63,612 bases of DNA, filler included, from Actinomycetota bacterium (GCA_013152275.1; 5 parts of 5 records of this genome joined end to end with filler, not necessarily neighbours in it), one strand, 5' to 3'. Positions 1 to 10,657 are shown, counted from the whole stretch's first letter. Numbers and translations: made by a program. Notes: a model not told the origin generated them from the sequence alone.

Positions 1-415
1 CATCGCCAACATGCTTTCTTCGATCAAGTTCGCGAAGTGGAACGAGATGAACCACAGCGATGTCGTGATCACCGTTGCCACCGACTCGGTGGAGATGTAC
101 GAGTCGCGGCTCGAAGAACTGAATGAGCAGCGAGGAGCGTTCACACGAGAGGATGCCGTGATCGGCTACGAGCGGTATCTGATGGGGACAACGACCGACG
201 CGATGATCGAACTCGACTATTGGGGACGCAAGCGAATCCACAATCTCAAGTACTACACGTGGATCGAGCAGCAGGGCAAGACCTACGAGGAGATCCAGGC
301 ACAGTGGTATGACGATGAGTATTGGACATCGATTCAGAGCGAGGTCGACGAGGTGGATCGCCGGATCGAGGCGTTCAACGAAAGGACCGGCCTGCTGAAA
401 GAACTCGGCATCTGA
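1..415 (+). CDS. PLP-dependent enzyme (fold type II, beta-subunit-like), C-terminal part, 5' truncated by window edge
   Basis: Open frame to TGA 415; VVITVATDS..MY and RKRIHNLKYYTWIEQQGK resemble the C-terminus of this family. Confidence 0.6.
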   Translation, partial: IANMLSSIKFAKWNEMNHSDVVITVATDSVEMYESRLEELNEQRGAFTREDAVIGYERYLMGTTTDAMIELDYWGRKRIHNLKYYTWIEQQGKTYEEIQAQWYDDEYWTSIQSEVDEVDRRIEAFNERTGLLKELGI

Positions 416-495
416 GGTCGGGGCCCGCCGTATGGCGGGTCGGTGTCGAGATCGAGGGCGGTCGTGGGTAGCCTTCTCGCGAGGAGGTGGATGCG

Positions 496-1491
496 ATGCG
501 CGCACAGGTTCTACACAGTCCTGCCACGATCACCGAGGCGCCCCTCGTGCTCGAAGAGGTTCCCGACCCGACGCCGGGTGCAGGTGAGATCCTGCTCGAG
601 GTCTCGGCGTGTGGTGTCTGTCGTACCGACCTCCAGGAGGTCGAAGGGGATCTGGATCTCCACCGAAACCCCGTCGTCCCCGGGCACCAGATCGTGGGGG
701 AGGTGGCGGAAGTCGGTGCGGACGTGACCGGGTGGCAGATCGGCGACCGTGCCGGCGTCGGCTGGCTCGGAGGGTCATGCGGGCATTGTCGGTTCTGCCG
801 CACAGGACGTGAGAACCTCTGCGAAGAAGCCGTGTTTACCGGATGGGATCGCGATGGTGGTTACGCCGAGAGGGTGACGGTCGGCTCGGAGTACGCGTTC
901 CGGCTGCCCGCCGATGAGCGAGATTTGGATGTCGCCCCCCTGCTGTGTGGGGGAGTGATCGGCTTCCGGGCACTGAAGGTGTCGGAGATACGCGCGGGTG
1001 GCCGGCTTGGACTCTACGGATTCGGAGCGTCGGCCCTTCTCGCACTTCAGGTGGCTCGCCACTGGGACTGTGAGGTGTATGTCGCGACGCGATCGGAGGC
1101 TGAGCGCAACCGAGCTCTCGAGATGGGAGCGGTGTGGGCCGGCGGCTACGAAGACCGTCCGCCGGTTCCCCTGGACGCCGCCATTACGTTCGCTCCCGTC
1201 GGCTGGGTCGTCATCGAGGCACTGAAGTCACTCGATCGGGGCGGGGTGGTGGCGATCAACGCGATCCATCTGGATCACATTCCGGAGTTTCGTTATGAGG
1301 ACCTTTGGTTGGAACGCCAGATCCGCAGCGTTGCCAATTTCACGAAAGCCGACGCCGAAGAGTTCCTGCGTCTTGCCGCAGAGATCCCGATCCGGACGGT
1401 CACACAGGAGTATGCGCTTGCCGATGCCAATACGGCGCTGCTCGACTTGAAGCGGGGGAGTGTGCACGGGGCCGCGGTACTCCGAGCGTGA
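496..1491 (+). CDS. Zinc-dependent alcohol dehydrogenase family protein
   Basis: CGVCRTD, PGHQIVG, CGHCRFC..ENLC, GLYGFGASA; SD GAGGAGG at 481-487. Confidence 0.9.
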   Translation: MRAQVLHSPATITEAPLVLEEVPDPTPGAGEILLEVSACGVCRTDLQEVEGDLDLHRNPVVPGHQIVGEVAEVGADVTGWQIGDRAGVGWLGGSCGHCRFCRTGRENLCEEAVFTGWDRDGGYAERVTVGSEYAFRLPADERDLDVAPLLCGGVIGFRALKVSEIRAGGRLGLYGFGASALLALQVARHWDCEVYVATRSEAERNRALEMGAVWAGGYEDRPPVPLDAAITFAPVGWVVIEALKSLDRGGVVAINAIHLDHIPEFRYEDLWLERQIRSVANFTKADAEEFLRLAAEIPIRTVTQEYALADANTALLDLKRGSVHGAAVLRA

Positions 1492-1635
1492 GCCGGTCCG
1501 CGCATTCGGTGTCGGCGACGACGAGATGCGGAGGATCTGGGCATGTGACGTTGGGGCATGTCCAAGCCGGAGTGTGGGCCGGCTTCGACATGCAGACCCC
1601 CGACGAGATGCCACGGTTCGAGGGCAGGTCGGCGA

Positions 1636-2319
1636 TCAGGACTGCGCGTACCGCATCTCTCTGCGGAACTTCTTCCAGTCGGAGGACTTGACGGAGAACA
1701 GAATATCGGTGGTGATCTGGAAGAGCCCGAGGAGGAGCAGAATCCACCAGGTCCACGCCGGGGAGTGGGATCCCCACGCTGCACCGATGCCGAGGAACGG
1801 GACGACCTTGGTGACGAGTGCCCCCGAAGCGTGCATCCATGCCCGGGCCTTCGGTGGCGTGCGCAGGTAGGTCGCGTAATCGATCTTGACGCCGGGCTGA
1901 GGTTTGGAGACCGTACCGATGAACCAGTGAGTGAAGCGGATTCCGACAAGTCGTCCCACGACGAGATGGCCGAGGCCGTGTGTGCTCGCGATGAGCACAA
2001 CCGTCCCGGCGATGATGGCAATCCCGTTCCAGGGGCTGGAGATGAAGTAGGCGGCCACAACGGCGGCGAGTCCCGCCATGGCTGCGATCGACATGATGAC
2101 CGTGCCCACCCAGGTCGGTACCGCTATCAGCGCCCAGCGCCGGAAAGCCTTCTCATCGATTGCGGCGATGCGGTCGGCACACCGGGTGACCAGGTCGGGA
2201 TCCCGCTTCACGGCCCCGACCGCCTTCCAGAATCCGAGAGCCGACAGGTCCACCGGGCCGTCAACGGCCAACGCCCGTTCGCACTCATGCAGTGTGGCGT
2301 CGATGTCCATACTCTGCAC
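1636..2319 (-). CDS. Hypothetical multi-pass membrane protein with HGLGH motif
   Basis: 227-aa ORF with 4-5 hydrophobic segments filling the gap between adh and the xdh genes. Confidence 0.65.
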   Translation of the reverse strand: MQSMDIDATLHECERALAVDGPVDLSALGFWKAVGAVKRDPDLVTRCADRIAAIDEKAFRRWALIAVPTWVGTVIMSIAAMAGLAAVVAAYFISSPWNGIAIIAGTVVLIASTHGLGHLVVGRLVGIRFTHWFIGTVSKPQPGVKIDYATYLRTPPKARAWMHASGALVTKVVPFLGIGAAWGSHSPAWTWWILLLLGLFQITTDILFSVKSSDWKKFRREMRYAQS

Positions 2320-2442
2320 TCTACGTCGTGGAGACCCTGGAGAGGGCAGTTCCGGTCGATCGGCGGCGGTCGAGGTTGCCGGTCGGCGGATGGCGGTGCC
2401 CGATCACGCATGATTCCGGACTCGGCTAGGTTGGCTGATGCA

Positions 2443-3243
2443 GTGCAGATCTTCTCTCCCACCACGGTCGACGAGGCGGTCGATGTCCTTGCAGAGCGAC
2501 CCGACGCGACGTGTCTCGCAGGTGGCACGGATCTGATGGTCGAGATCAACTTCGGACTGCGACGCCCTCGAGAGATCGTCGCCCTGCGCCGGATCGAGGA
2601 ACTTGTAACGATGACGCCCACCTGGATAGGCGCCGGGGTGACTCATGCCAGGCTCGAGCAGAGTCCCTGGCCGGCTCTGAGCGAGGCGGCGCACACGGTC
2701 GGCTCACCTCAGATTCGCAACATGGGGACGATCGGCGGGAACATCGCGACTGCAAGTCCTGCCGGTGACACACTTCCCTTCCTGGCTGCAGCCGACGCCC
2801 TGATCGTCACGCGATCAAAGCGATTCGGGCGTCGGGAGATCCCGTGGGACGACTTCTTCATCGGTGTCAAGAAGACTGCCCTGGAGCCGGGAGGAATCAT
2901 CGAAGGAGTAAGGCTTCCCGAGGAGGTTTCGCTTCGCCAAGGGTTCTCGAAGGTCGGGCCCCGTTCCGCGATGGTGATCGCGATCGTGTCCGCATGTGTC
3001 CTCCGGTACGCCGACGGACGCACAAACGTGGCGCTGGGGGCGGTCGCGCCGACGGTAATGCGGGCGCGAAGGGCCGAGGAGATGATCTCGGCGGAGCCGA
3101 ATCCGAGTGCTGCTGCACTCACCGAGTTTCAGCGTCTGGTCTCGGAAGAGGCTCGCCCGATCACCGATCACCGATCGACAGAACGCTACCGGCGCCACGC
3201 GGTGGGAGTCGTCGCCCGCAGGATCCTGGAGCGACTGCTGTGA
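2443..3243 (+). CDS. Xanthine dehydrogenase/CoxM-type FAD-binding subunit
   Basis: LAGGTDLMVE, VGSPQIRNMGTIGGNIATASPAGD, PITDHRST..YRR; GTG start inferred. Confidence 0.88.
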   Translation: MQIFSPTTVDEAVDVLAERPDATCLAGGTDLMVEINFGLRRPREIVALRRIEELVTMTPTWIGAGVTHARLEQSPWPALSEAAHTVGSPQIRNMGTIGGNIATASPAGDTLPFLAAADALIVTRSKRFGRREIPWDDFFIGVKKTALEPGGIIEGVRLPEEVSLRQGFSKVGPRSAMVIAIVSACVLRYADGRTNVALGAVAPTVMRARRAEEMISAEPNPSAAALTEFQRLVSEEARPITDHRSTERYRRHAVGVVARRILERLL

Positions 3244-3683
3244 AGTTCACGGTGAACGGAAGGACGGTCGAGGTTGCCGTGGAGGGGTCAGAGAGCCTGC
3301 TGCGCATCCTACGCGACGATCTCGGTCTGTATGGAGCGAAGGACGCGTGCGAGCAGGGCGAGTGTGGCGCCTGCACGGTTCTGCTGGACGGAGTCCCGGT
3401 GTGCTCGTGCCTGGTCATGGCTGCGGATGCGGAGGGTGCTCATGTTGTGACGGTCGAAGGCGTCACTCCTGCAGAGGGTTTGCATCCTGTCCAGGAGGCT
3501 CTGCTGGACACAGGCGGAGCACAGTGCGGCTACTGCACGCCAGGGGTCGTCGTGTCCGCAGCCTATCTGTTGGAGCACAATCCCGACCCGACCGACGAGG
3601 ACGTCAGGGAGGCGCTGGCAGGAAACATCTGCCGCTGTACCGGGTACGGGGCCATCATCAGGGCGATCGTGGAGGGGAAATGA
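3240..3683 (+). CDS. (2Fe-2S)-binding subunit (CoxS/XdhC type)
   Basis: CEQGECGACTV, QCGYCTPG, GNICRCTGY; GTGA overlap with the upstream gene. Confidence 0.93.
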   Translation: MKFTVNGRTVEVAVEGSESLLRILRDDLGLYGAKDACEQGECGACTVLLDGVPVCSCLVMAADAEGAHVVTVEGVTPAEGLHPVQEALLDTGGAQCGYCTPGVVVSAAYLLEHNPDPTDEDVREALAGNICRCTGYGAIIRAIVEGK

Positions 3684-5890
3684 AGGCCGTTGATCGCCGT
3701 GTTCGCGGCGGGGTCGGTGAGTCCGTCCATCGTCCCGATGGGGTACCGAAAGTAACCGGAAGGTTCGCCTACGTGGGTGATCTCCACACGGAAGGCATGC
3801 TGTGGGGAGCCACCAGGAGGATCTACGTTCCACACGGCCGGATCACCCGTGTCGACATCACGCCGGCTCTGGCGATGCCCGGCGTGCAGGCCGTCTTGAC
3901 ACAGGATGACGTGCCGGGGGTCAAGTACCAGGGTCAGATCGTTCAGGATGAGCCCGTCTTGGCAGAGCAAGAGGTTCGATACTGGGGAGAGCCCGTCGCT
4001 CTGGTGGCGGCGGAGAGTCGAGAAACCGCCCGTGTGGCCGCCGAAGCGGTGATCGTGGAGGTCGAGCCGCTCGAGCCACTCACGGATTTCGAAGAAGCCC
4101 TCGACCGGGGAGAGGTGTTTCGTCACATGTCGGTTCGCCGAGGCGACCCGGACGCTCATGGGACGGTCGTGGTGGAGGGGTACTACGAGACGCCGGGCGT
4201 CGATCAGGCACCGCTGGGGACCGAAGCCGGTTTGGCCATCCCGGATGGCTTGGGGGGTCTCGACCTCTATCCGCCATCACAGTGGATCCATGTCGACCAT
4301 AGGCAACTCGTGGGCTGCCTCGCCCTCGACCCCGAACAGGTCCGGGTGCATCCAACCGGACTCGGAGGTGCCTTCGGGTCGCGCGAAGATCTGAGTGTGC
4401 ACACGCACCTGTGCCTGCTCGCCCTGCGAACAGGGCGTCCGGTGAAGATGGTGTACAACCGTCTCGAGAGCTTCGTCGGTCACGTCAAGCGACACGGCGC
4501 GCACATGTGGTACCGGCATGAGTCCGACGACGACGGCAACCTGGTGCGCGTCGATGCGAAGCTGATTCTCGACGGGGGCGCGTACGCCAACACCACCCAC
4601 GCCGTGCTCGCAAACGCCGTGTACTTCACCGTCGGTCCGTACCGGTGTCCCAACACGTTCGTCGAAGGGTATGCGGTGCGCACGAACAATCCTCCGTCCG
4701 GAGCGATGAGAGGGTTTGGTGCCAACCAGGTCTGCTTTGCCTACGAGGCACAGATGGATCGTCTCGCTGCCGCTCTCGGCACGGATCCGCTCGATCTCCG
4801 GCTTCGGAACGCATTGCAGCCCGGCGACCACCTCGCGACGACAGGGCAGGAGATCACCCAACCGCTACCGACGGCCGAGGTGATCCGTTCGGTCATGGCG
4901 ATTCCATTGCCTGCCGAGGGCTCGACTCGCCTGCCTGGCGGGAATGGTCTCACCACCCCGCCCTCGGCTGTCGTCCGGGGTGTCGGCTACGCGGTCGGCA
5001 TCAAGAACCTGGCGTTTTCGGAGGGTTTCGACGACTACGCAGATGCACGGGTCGAGCTCACTCCCGAGGGCGCGAGGGTGCATACGGCCGCATCCGAGGT
5101 AGGACAGGGCATGGTCACCGTACTGATGCAGATTGCCCGCAGCGTTCTCACCATGGAGCAGGTCGAGATCGTGTGGGATGACACCGCCCACATCGGCTCC
5201 GCAGGTTCGACGTCAGCGTCGAGACAGACACAGATGGCGGGTGGCGCGGTGCAACAGGCTGCGCTGAAAGCTCGGTCCGTTGCGCTTGAGCGGGTGGGAG
5301 GCGATGATCTGGATGATGAGGGTGTTTGGAGCGACGGGCGGCTGGTGGCCACCTGGACCGAGCTGTGTGCGAGTGGACCGATCGTCGGCGAGGTGCGATT
5401 CCGTCATCCGGCCACCGATGAGCCCGATGAGAACGGCCAGGGAAACGTTCACGTCGATTTCTGCGTTGCGGCACATCGTGCGATCGTGGATGTAGATCCT
5501 GAACTGGGTCTCGTACGTGTGGTTCGGATCGATACTGCTCAGGATGTTGGACGAGCTCTCAACCCGGTGCAGGTGATCGGGCAGATCGAAGGGGGCACCG
5601 CACAGGGGTTCGGCATGGCGCTGCTCGAAGAGGTGGTTCTCGACGAAGGTGTGATCAAGAACCCGACCTTCACCGACTATCTGCTTCCGACGATCGAGGA
5701 CGTGCCTCCGATGGAGGTCGTGATCGTGGAGCAGCCGGGGACGTGGGGACCATTTGGCGCGAAAGGTTTCGCGGAGCTGCCGGCCATTTCGTCGACGCCG
5801 GCGGTCGTTGCAGCCATTCGCGCAGCTACACGGCACGAGCTCAACCGTGTGCCGGTGCATCCCGAGGACATCGCAACCCCGTTCTCGTGA
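3680..5890 (+). CDS. Xanthine dehydrogenase molybdopterin-binding subunit (PucD-like)
   Basis: GGAFGSRE, GAMRGFGANQ, EVGQG, STSASRQT, DVGRALNP..GQIEGG, TFTDYLLPT; ATGA overlap. Confidence 0.92.
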   Translation: MKAVDRRVRGGVGESVHRPDGVPKVTGRFAYVGDLHTEGMLWGATRRIYVPHGRITRVDITPALAMPGVQAVLTQDDVPGVKYQGQIVQDEPVLAEQEVRYWGEPVALVAAESRETARVAAEAVIVEVEPLEPLTDFEEALDRGEVFRHMSVRRGDPDAHGTVVVEGYYETPGVDQAPLGTEAGLAIPDGLGGLDLYPPSQWIHVDHRQLVGCLALDPEQVRVHPTGLGGAFGSREDLSVHTHLCLLALRTGRPVKMVYNRLESFVGHVKRHGAHMWYRHESDDDGNLVRVDAKLILDGGAYANTTHAVLANAVYFTVGPYRCPNTFVEGYAVRTNNPPSGAMRGFGANQVCFAYEAQMDRLAAALGTDPLDLRLRNALQPGDHLATTGQEITQPLPTAEVIRSVMAIPLPAEGSTRLPGGNGLTTPPSAVVRGVGYAVGIKNLAFSEGFDDYADARVELTPEGARVHTAASEVGQGMVTVLMQIARSVLTMEQVEIVWDDTAHIGSAGSTSASRQTQMAGGAVQQAALKARSVALERVGGDDLDDEGVWSDGRLVATWTELCASGPIVGEVRFRHPATDEPDENGQGNVHVDFCVAAHRAIVDVDPELGLVRVVRIDTAQDVGRALNPVQVIGQIEGGTAQGFGMALLEEVVLDEGVIKNPTFTDYLLPTIEDVPPMEVVIVEQPGTWGPFGAKGFAELPAISSTPAVVAAIRAATRHELNRVPVHPEDIATPFS

Positions 5891-5931
5891 CGCTTCACCG
5901 GAATAAACCTGGCCAACCGTCACGAGAACGG
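5879..5931. repeat. REP-like hairpin, copy 1 (diverged, inverted relative to copies 2-4); probable terminator between convergent genes
   Basis: 14-bp arms CCGTTCTCGTGACG / CGTCACGAGAACGG. Confidence 0.85.
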
Positions 5932-5935
5932 TGGA

Positions 5936-7291
5936 TTAGGGGATGAGGAGGCGCCGCGCGGCCCTGTTGTGCGCCTCGATCAACAGTTCGAGATCGACGG
6001 TGGCGGGCCTTCCGTTCTCGACGATGGCCCTTCCCTGGACATAGGTGTGATCGACGGTCGTCGGGGCACACAGCAGCAGGGCGGCGACCGGGTCTTGCCA
6101 AGCTCCCGCGTACTCGATGCGTTCGAGGTCGATCGCAGTGAAGTCCGCTGCCTTTCCGACGGCGAGCGAGCCGATATCGTCGCGACCGAGCACGGCGGCC
6201 CCGCCAAGTGTTGCGATCTCGAGCGCCGTTCGCACCCTCATGAGTGGCCGGTCGCCGTGGCGAACTCTCGCCAGCAACAGCGCAAGGCGCGCTTCGCCGA
6301 GGAGATCACTCCCATCGTTTGAGGCCGAACCGTCCACACCGAGACCGACGCGGACGCCGGCGTCCAAGTAACTCATGACGGGAGCGATACCGGAACCGAG
6401 CCGCATGTTGGAGGCTGGACAGTGGGCAACGCCGGTACCGGTCTCGGCCATGAGTCGGATCCCCGCGTCGTCGATGTGGACACCGTGGGCGAACCAGACG
6501 TCGGGTCCGACCCATCCCACACGCTCGGCATATGCAAGAGGCGGCAACCCGAATTGTGCGGTGCAGAATCCCTCTTCGTCGGCGGTCTCGGCCAGGTGCG
6601 TGTGGAGTGAGACCCCATAGCTGCGCGCAAGCTCGGCGGACTCGCGCATGGCGTCGGTCGTCACCGAGAACGGGGAGCACGGCGCGACGACGATGCGCAA
6701 CATCGACCCCGGCGTCGGGTCGTGATACGACTCGATCACTCGCTGTGTGTCCTCGAGGATCGCGTCCTCATCCTCCACGACGGAATCGGGGGGCAGGCCG
6801 CCGTCGCTCTCGCCGAGACTCATCGAACCCCGAGCAGCGTGGAAACGCATGCCGATTTCCCGGGCTGCCTCGATCGTGTCATCGAGGCGACTTCCGTTGG
6901 GAAACAGGTAGAGGTGGTCGGACGTGGTCGTGCATCCGCTGAGCGCCAGTTCGGTGAGGCCGACTTTCGCCGACAGACGAATGTCTTCGGGTGTGATCCG
7001 CTCCCAAATGGGGTAGAGGGTCTGGAGCCAGGGGAAGAGCTCGGCATCCTGGGTTCCAGGGAGCGCCCGCGTCAGCGTCTGATAGAGATGGTGATGGGTG
7101 TTGACGAGTCCGGGAATGACGACGTGTGCTGACATGTCCAGGACCTCATCGGCCGTGTCGGGCAGCTCTGCGGCGGGTCCGACCTGTTCGATCCACCCGT
7201 CGCGTGCGAACAGGCCCCCATCACGGATCTCGCGCCGATCCGGATCCATCGTGACCAGGACGGTTGCGTGGTTGACGAGGAGAGTTCCCAT
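5936..7291 (-). CDS. 8-oxoguanine deaminase-type amidohydrolase
   Basis: PGLVNTHHHLYQTLTRA, APCSPFSV, LHTHLAET, HCPASNMRLGSG, GLGVDGSASND. Confidence 0.88.
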   Translation of the reverse strand: MGTLLVNHATVLVTMDPDRREIRDGGLFARDGWIEQVGPAAELPDTADEVLDMSAHVVIPGLVNTHHHLYQTLTRALPGTQDAELFPWLQTLYPIWERITPEDIRLSAKVGLTELALSGCTTTSDHLYLFPNGSRLDDTIEAAREIGMRFHAARGSMSLGESDGGLPPDSVVEDEDAILEDTQRVIESYHDPTPGSMLRIVVAPCSPFSVTTDAMRESAELARSYGVSLHTHLAETADEEGFCTAQFGLPPLAYAERVGWVGPDVWFAHGVHIDDAGIRLMAETGTGVAHCPASNMRLGSGIAPVMSYLDAGVRVGLGVDGSASNDGSDLLGEARLALLLARVRHGDRPLMRVRTALEIATLGGAAVLGRDDIGSLAVGKAADFTAIDLERIEYAGAWQDPVAALLLCAPTTVDHTYVQGRAIVENGRPATVDLELLIEAHNRAARRLLIP

Positions 7292-7407
7292 CGGGACATC
7301 GCTTTCTCGGGGCAGTTTCTATGTCGAAGTCCGGCCGGTCAAGACCTCGCTTCGACTTCCGTCTTTGCATCGTACCGGCGTAATCTTGCCGGAACGGGGA
7401 AAGGTGC

Positions 7408-8412
7408 ATGTTGGAGGATTTCATCCGAGAGCTGCCAAAGGCCGAGCTGCATGTCCATATCGAAGGTTCCCTGGAACCCGAGATGATGATGGCCTTGGCG
7501 GAGCGAAATGGTATCTCGATTCCCTTCTCTTCGGTGAAGGAAATCCGCGATGCGTATGCCTTCAGAGACCTGCAGTCGTTTCTTGACATCTACTACGACG
7601 GTGCTTCCGTGCTGCAAACCGAGCAGGACTTCTACGACCTGGCCTGGGCCTACATCCGGCGGGCCGCGACAGATGGCGTGAAGCGGGCAGAGATCTTTTT
7701 CGATCCTCAGACCCACACTTCGCGCGGTATCGCGTTCTCCACCGTCATCACCGGTCTGCGTCGCGCCGTCGACGACGCGCGCGATCTCGGCGTGTCGGCT
7801 GCACTGATCATGTCGTTTCTGCGCCATCTGAGTCCGGAGGAGGCGATGCAGACACTCGATGACGGCCTTCGATTCCGCTCGTCGCTGATCGGTGTCGGCC
7901 TCGACTCTTCCGAGAGAGGACGCCCGCCCGTGTTGTTCGAGGAGGTTTTCGCGAGGGCACGGAGCGAGGGACTTCACCTGGTGGCCCACGCAGGTGAGGA
8001 GGGACCACCCGAGTACATCCGTCAGGCACTCGATGTCTTGGGCGTCGAGCGGATCGATCATGGGGTTCGGATCGATGAAGATCCTGAACTCGTCCGTCGT
8101 GTCATCTCGGAACGAATACCTCTCACGATGTGTCCGCTCTCCAATGTCAAGCTTCGGGTATTCGACAAACTCGAACATCACAATCTGAAGCGTCTACTCG
8201 ATGCGGGAGCGGTGGTGACGATCAACTCGGACGATCCCGCCTACTTCGGTGGGTATATCGCAGACAACTACGAGGCTGCGGCTGCTGCGCTCGGACTGAC
8301 GAGGAGAGAGATCGTGACGATTGCCCGCAACTCGATCGATGCCGCATTCATCACCCCCGCCGAACGTGAGAATCTCCTGGGGGACCTCGAGGTGAGTCAG
8401 CTCACGAGATGA
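7408..8412 (+). CDS. add: Adenosine/adenine deaminase
   Basis: [48 protein letters not shown]. Confidence 0.92.
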   Translation: MLEDFIRELPKAELHVHIEGSLEPEMMMALAERNGISIPFSSVKEIRDAYAFRDLQSFLDIYYDGASVLQTEQDFYDLAWAYIRRAATDGVKRAEIFFDPQTHTSRGIAFSTVITGLRRAVDDARDLGVSAALIMSFLRHLSPEEAMQTLDDGLRFRSSLIGVGLDSSERGRPPVLFEEVFARARSEGLHLVAHAGEEGPPEYIRQALDVLGVERIDHGVRIDEDPELVRRVISERIPLTMCPLSNVKLRVFDKLEHHNLKRLLDAGAVVTINSDDPAYFGGYIADNYEAAAAALGLTRREIVTIARNSIDAAFITPAERENLLGDLEVSQLTR

Positions 8413-9341
8413 TGCTCGAGTACTTGCCACACTTCCGGGCCTGCGAGCTTCGTTCGTAGCGACGCCAGCGTTCTGATGAATGTGGGAACCGCCTGTTCGG
8501 GGTCCATGGGATTCGGTCGCATCACCGCGAGGACCGAAGGTGTCGGTCGCAGTACCAGCGTGTCGGTCGCCGGCCAGGCGGTCGCGACCGCGACCAGCTC
8601 GTCGTGAAGCGCCGAACGTCCGACGCGATCGAACATCGACTCGTAGAAGTGTGCTCGTCGCCGCTGCTCCTCCGCGGCCATCGGTGCCAGGACGAGGAGG
8701 AGGTCGAGCGGTTCCGGGTTGCCGAGCACCAGGTCCGCATTGGTTCCGGAGACGACCCCACCATCAACGTAGTTCTTGCCCTCTATCTCATACGGAGAGA
8801 ACACGATCGGGACGGCGGAGGAAGCCGCCACGGCGTCGCGAAGGGCAACGACCGGGGCGCTGGTGGTGCCAAATGCCATCCGGCGCCGGTCTTCCAGATC
8901 GTACGCCACGATCACCGTCGGACGTTCCGGCCACGTGTCGGCGATCGAAGGGGCCTGCTCTGCAACCCAGTCGGCGATGCCCGAAGGATCGTATCGTCCC
9001 GGAGCCCCGATCACGGAGGTGAGGCCGGGCCGCCGAAAACTGGGAAGGACGCCGTGTCGGATCCACCTCCTGATACCGTGGATATGGTCCTTTCGATACA
9101 CCCACGATCTGATGCGTTCGGCAACATCCTCCTGCCGCTCGCCCTTCTTGACGATGCTGTCCAGCGACAGGGTTCCTGATCGCACGATCGAAGCGGCGAA
9201 GGCGCCCGCGGAGGTTCCGACGATGACATCGGCGGTCTTGGGCTCCCATCCGGTTGCCATCTCGACGGCCAAGAGAGCGGCCAGGTGATAGGACGCGCCG
9301 GTGACGCCTCCTCCTCCAAGAACAAGTCCGACTCTGCTCAC
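8397..9341 (-). CDS. Patatin-like phospholipase
   Basis: LVLGGGG, GTSAG, YVDGG. Confidence 0.9.
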   Translation of the reverse strand: MSRVGLVLGGGGVTGASYHLAALLAVEMATGWEPKTADVIVGTSAGAFAASIVRSGTLSLDSIVKKGERQEDVAERIRSWVYRKDHIHGIRRWIRHGVLPSFRRPGLTSVIGAPGRYDPSGIADWVAEQAPSIADTWPERPTVIVAYDLEDRRRMAFGTTSAPVVALRDAVAASSAVPIVFSPYEIEGKNYVDGGVVSGTNADLVLGNPEPLDLLLVLAPMAAEEQRRRAHFYESMFDRVGRSALHDELVAVATAWPATDTLVLRPTPSVLAVMRPNPMDPEQAVPTFIRTLASLRTKLAGPEVWQVLEHHLVS

Positions 9342-9395
9342 GGGCAAGAACACTACAGGCACGCGTCGCTATCGAACGCCGCCGGCCGATGGCGA

Positions 9396-9623
9396 TCAGG
9401 AAGCGACGGCTGCGCCGAACGGACGGTGGCAGCTCGGGCAGGCCCGATCGGACTCGTCCGTGTCGGTTCCGCACCACGGGCACGGCAACTCGGTTGCCGA
9501 GCGATACGCTTCCACCCAGGTGCCGGTTCCGAACGCGATTCCCTCACCGGTATGTTGAAACCATCGACCGGCAAGGGCGACGAGAGCCGTGATCAACGAT
9601 GCTGCCAACAACAATTGCATCAT
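9396..9623 (-). CDS. Small membrane-anchored zinc-ribbon protein (75 aa)
   Basis: Hydrophobic N-terminus plus CPWC-x10-CPSC; AGAGGAG SD upstream of ATG 9623. Confidence 0.6.
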   Translation of the reverse strand: MMQLLLAASLITALVALAGRWFQHTGEGIAFGTGTWVEAYRSATELPCPWCGTDTDESDRACPSCHRPFGAAVAS

Positions 9624-9776
9624 GCGGTCTCCTCTCTGCATGAAGTGTATGAAGGGAGCGCGCCGGAAGGAAGGATTTCGCGCTCTCGGCTTGTCACGGG
9701 GGTGCCGGGAACCGGGCACCGGGACGAGACCGGACCATGAGCGACGACCACCGGAGGAGGATCGGCGGCGCCTTGA

Positions 9777-10616
9777 TCAGCCGATCGCCGAAACCAACTG
9801 ATCGACGAAGGGTCGAAGATCCTCGAGTCGACCGTCTCGCATCTCCGCCTGTCGGAGCAGGGACGCGGATATGTGAAACGCAAACCAGGAGCGGAGCACA
9901 TCTCCATCGACGGTGGCTCCATATCCGAGCGAAAAGGCATCGACGGCGGCGCCGGTACGCCGGGAGAGTTCCCAATAGGCGAACGTGTAGTCCCACTCCG
10001 GGGGGGCCAGTGTCGCCCAGGTCCAGCCGGTCAACGTGACTTGTCCGTCGTTGTCGATGACGAATGCCTCCGGTGCCGGTCGCGTGTGGCTGGCGCGTGG
10101 AGGACCGGCGGAAGGGAACTCGAGGCCTACGGCACGGTCAAAGACAAAAGAAGGAATTCCCAATCGGCGCCGGTAGCGTTCCAGTCTCGCGAAGTTGCCT
10201 CTGAACGCCGTGAGCATCCAGTCCGAATCGATTCCCGCTTCGAGATTGGAGAGTTGGGAGTAGTTCGCTTCGTGGAGCCCTCTGAGCAGGGTGCCGGCTC
10301 GTTGTGCCGCCTTTGTGTCACCAGGTAGTGCCGCAAGCGTCCACCTTCCCGCGTCGGCGAGGCGGACCCAGTTCGAGTCACCCGTTGATCCCCATTCCAG
10401 GACGGTCGGCAGTCCCTGCAGGCCGGCCAGCGCTTCGAGGGCTCTGCGTTCCCTTCGTTGGTATGAGGAGGAGCCGTACACCTTGAGGATCCACGTTTGC
10501 CCGTCGGGAGTTCGCACCCGGAACACACTGTTGGTTCCGGTGGAGAGCGCGTTCGCGCTGCCTCCATCGGCAAGCGTGAGTGCTATTTCGCTTGGTTGCA
10601 CGTCTCCCCTTTGCAA
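9777..10616 (-). CDS. Aminoglycoside-phosphotransferase/kinase-fold protein with degenerate catalytic motifs
   Basis: N-lobe TNSVFRV..WILKVY..RERRALEAL..LPTVL, GTLLRGLH, APPEWD; catalytic Asp residues absent. Confidence 0.7.
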   Translation of the reverse strand: MQRGDVQPSEIALTLADGGSANALSTGTNSVFRVRTPDGQTWILKVYGSSSYQRRERRALEALAGLQGLPTVLEWGSTGDSNWVRLADAGRWTLAALPGDTKAAQRAGTLLRGLHEANYSQLSNLEAGIDSDWMLTAFRGNFARLERYRRRLGIPSFVFDRAVGLEFPSAGPPRASHTRPAPEAFVIDNDGQVTLTGWTWATLAPPEWDYTFAYWELSRRTGAAVDAFSLGYGATVDGDVLRSWFAFHISASLLRQAEMRDGRLEDLRPFVDQLVSAIG

Positions 10617-10657
10617 AGCAGTCGGCGATGGGGACGGCTTCGTTTACGCTACACCAG

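Noticed and set aside
7292..7407. Purine riboswitch between the deaminases
   Set aside because: Only GTTTCTA matches; the three-stem junction and loop motifs are missing
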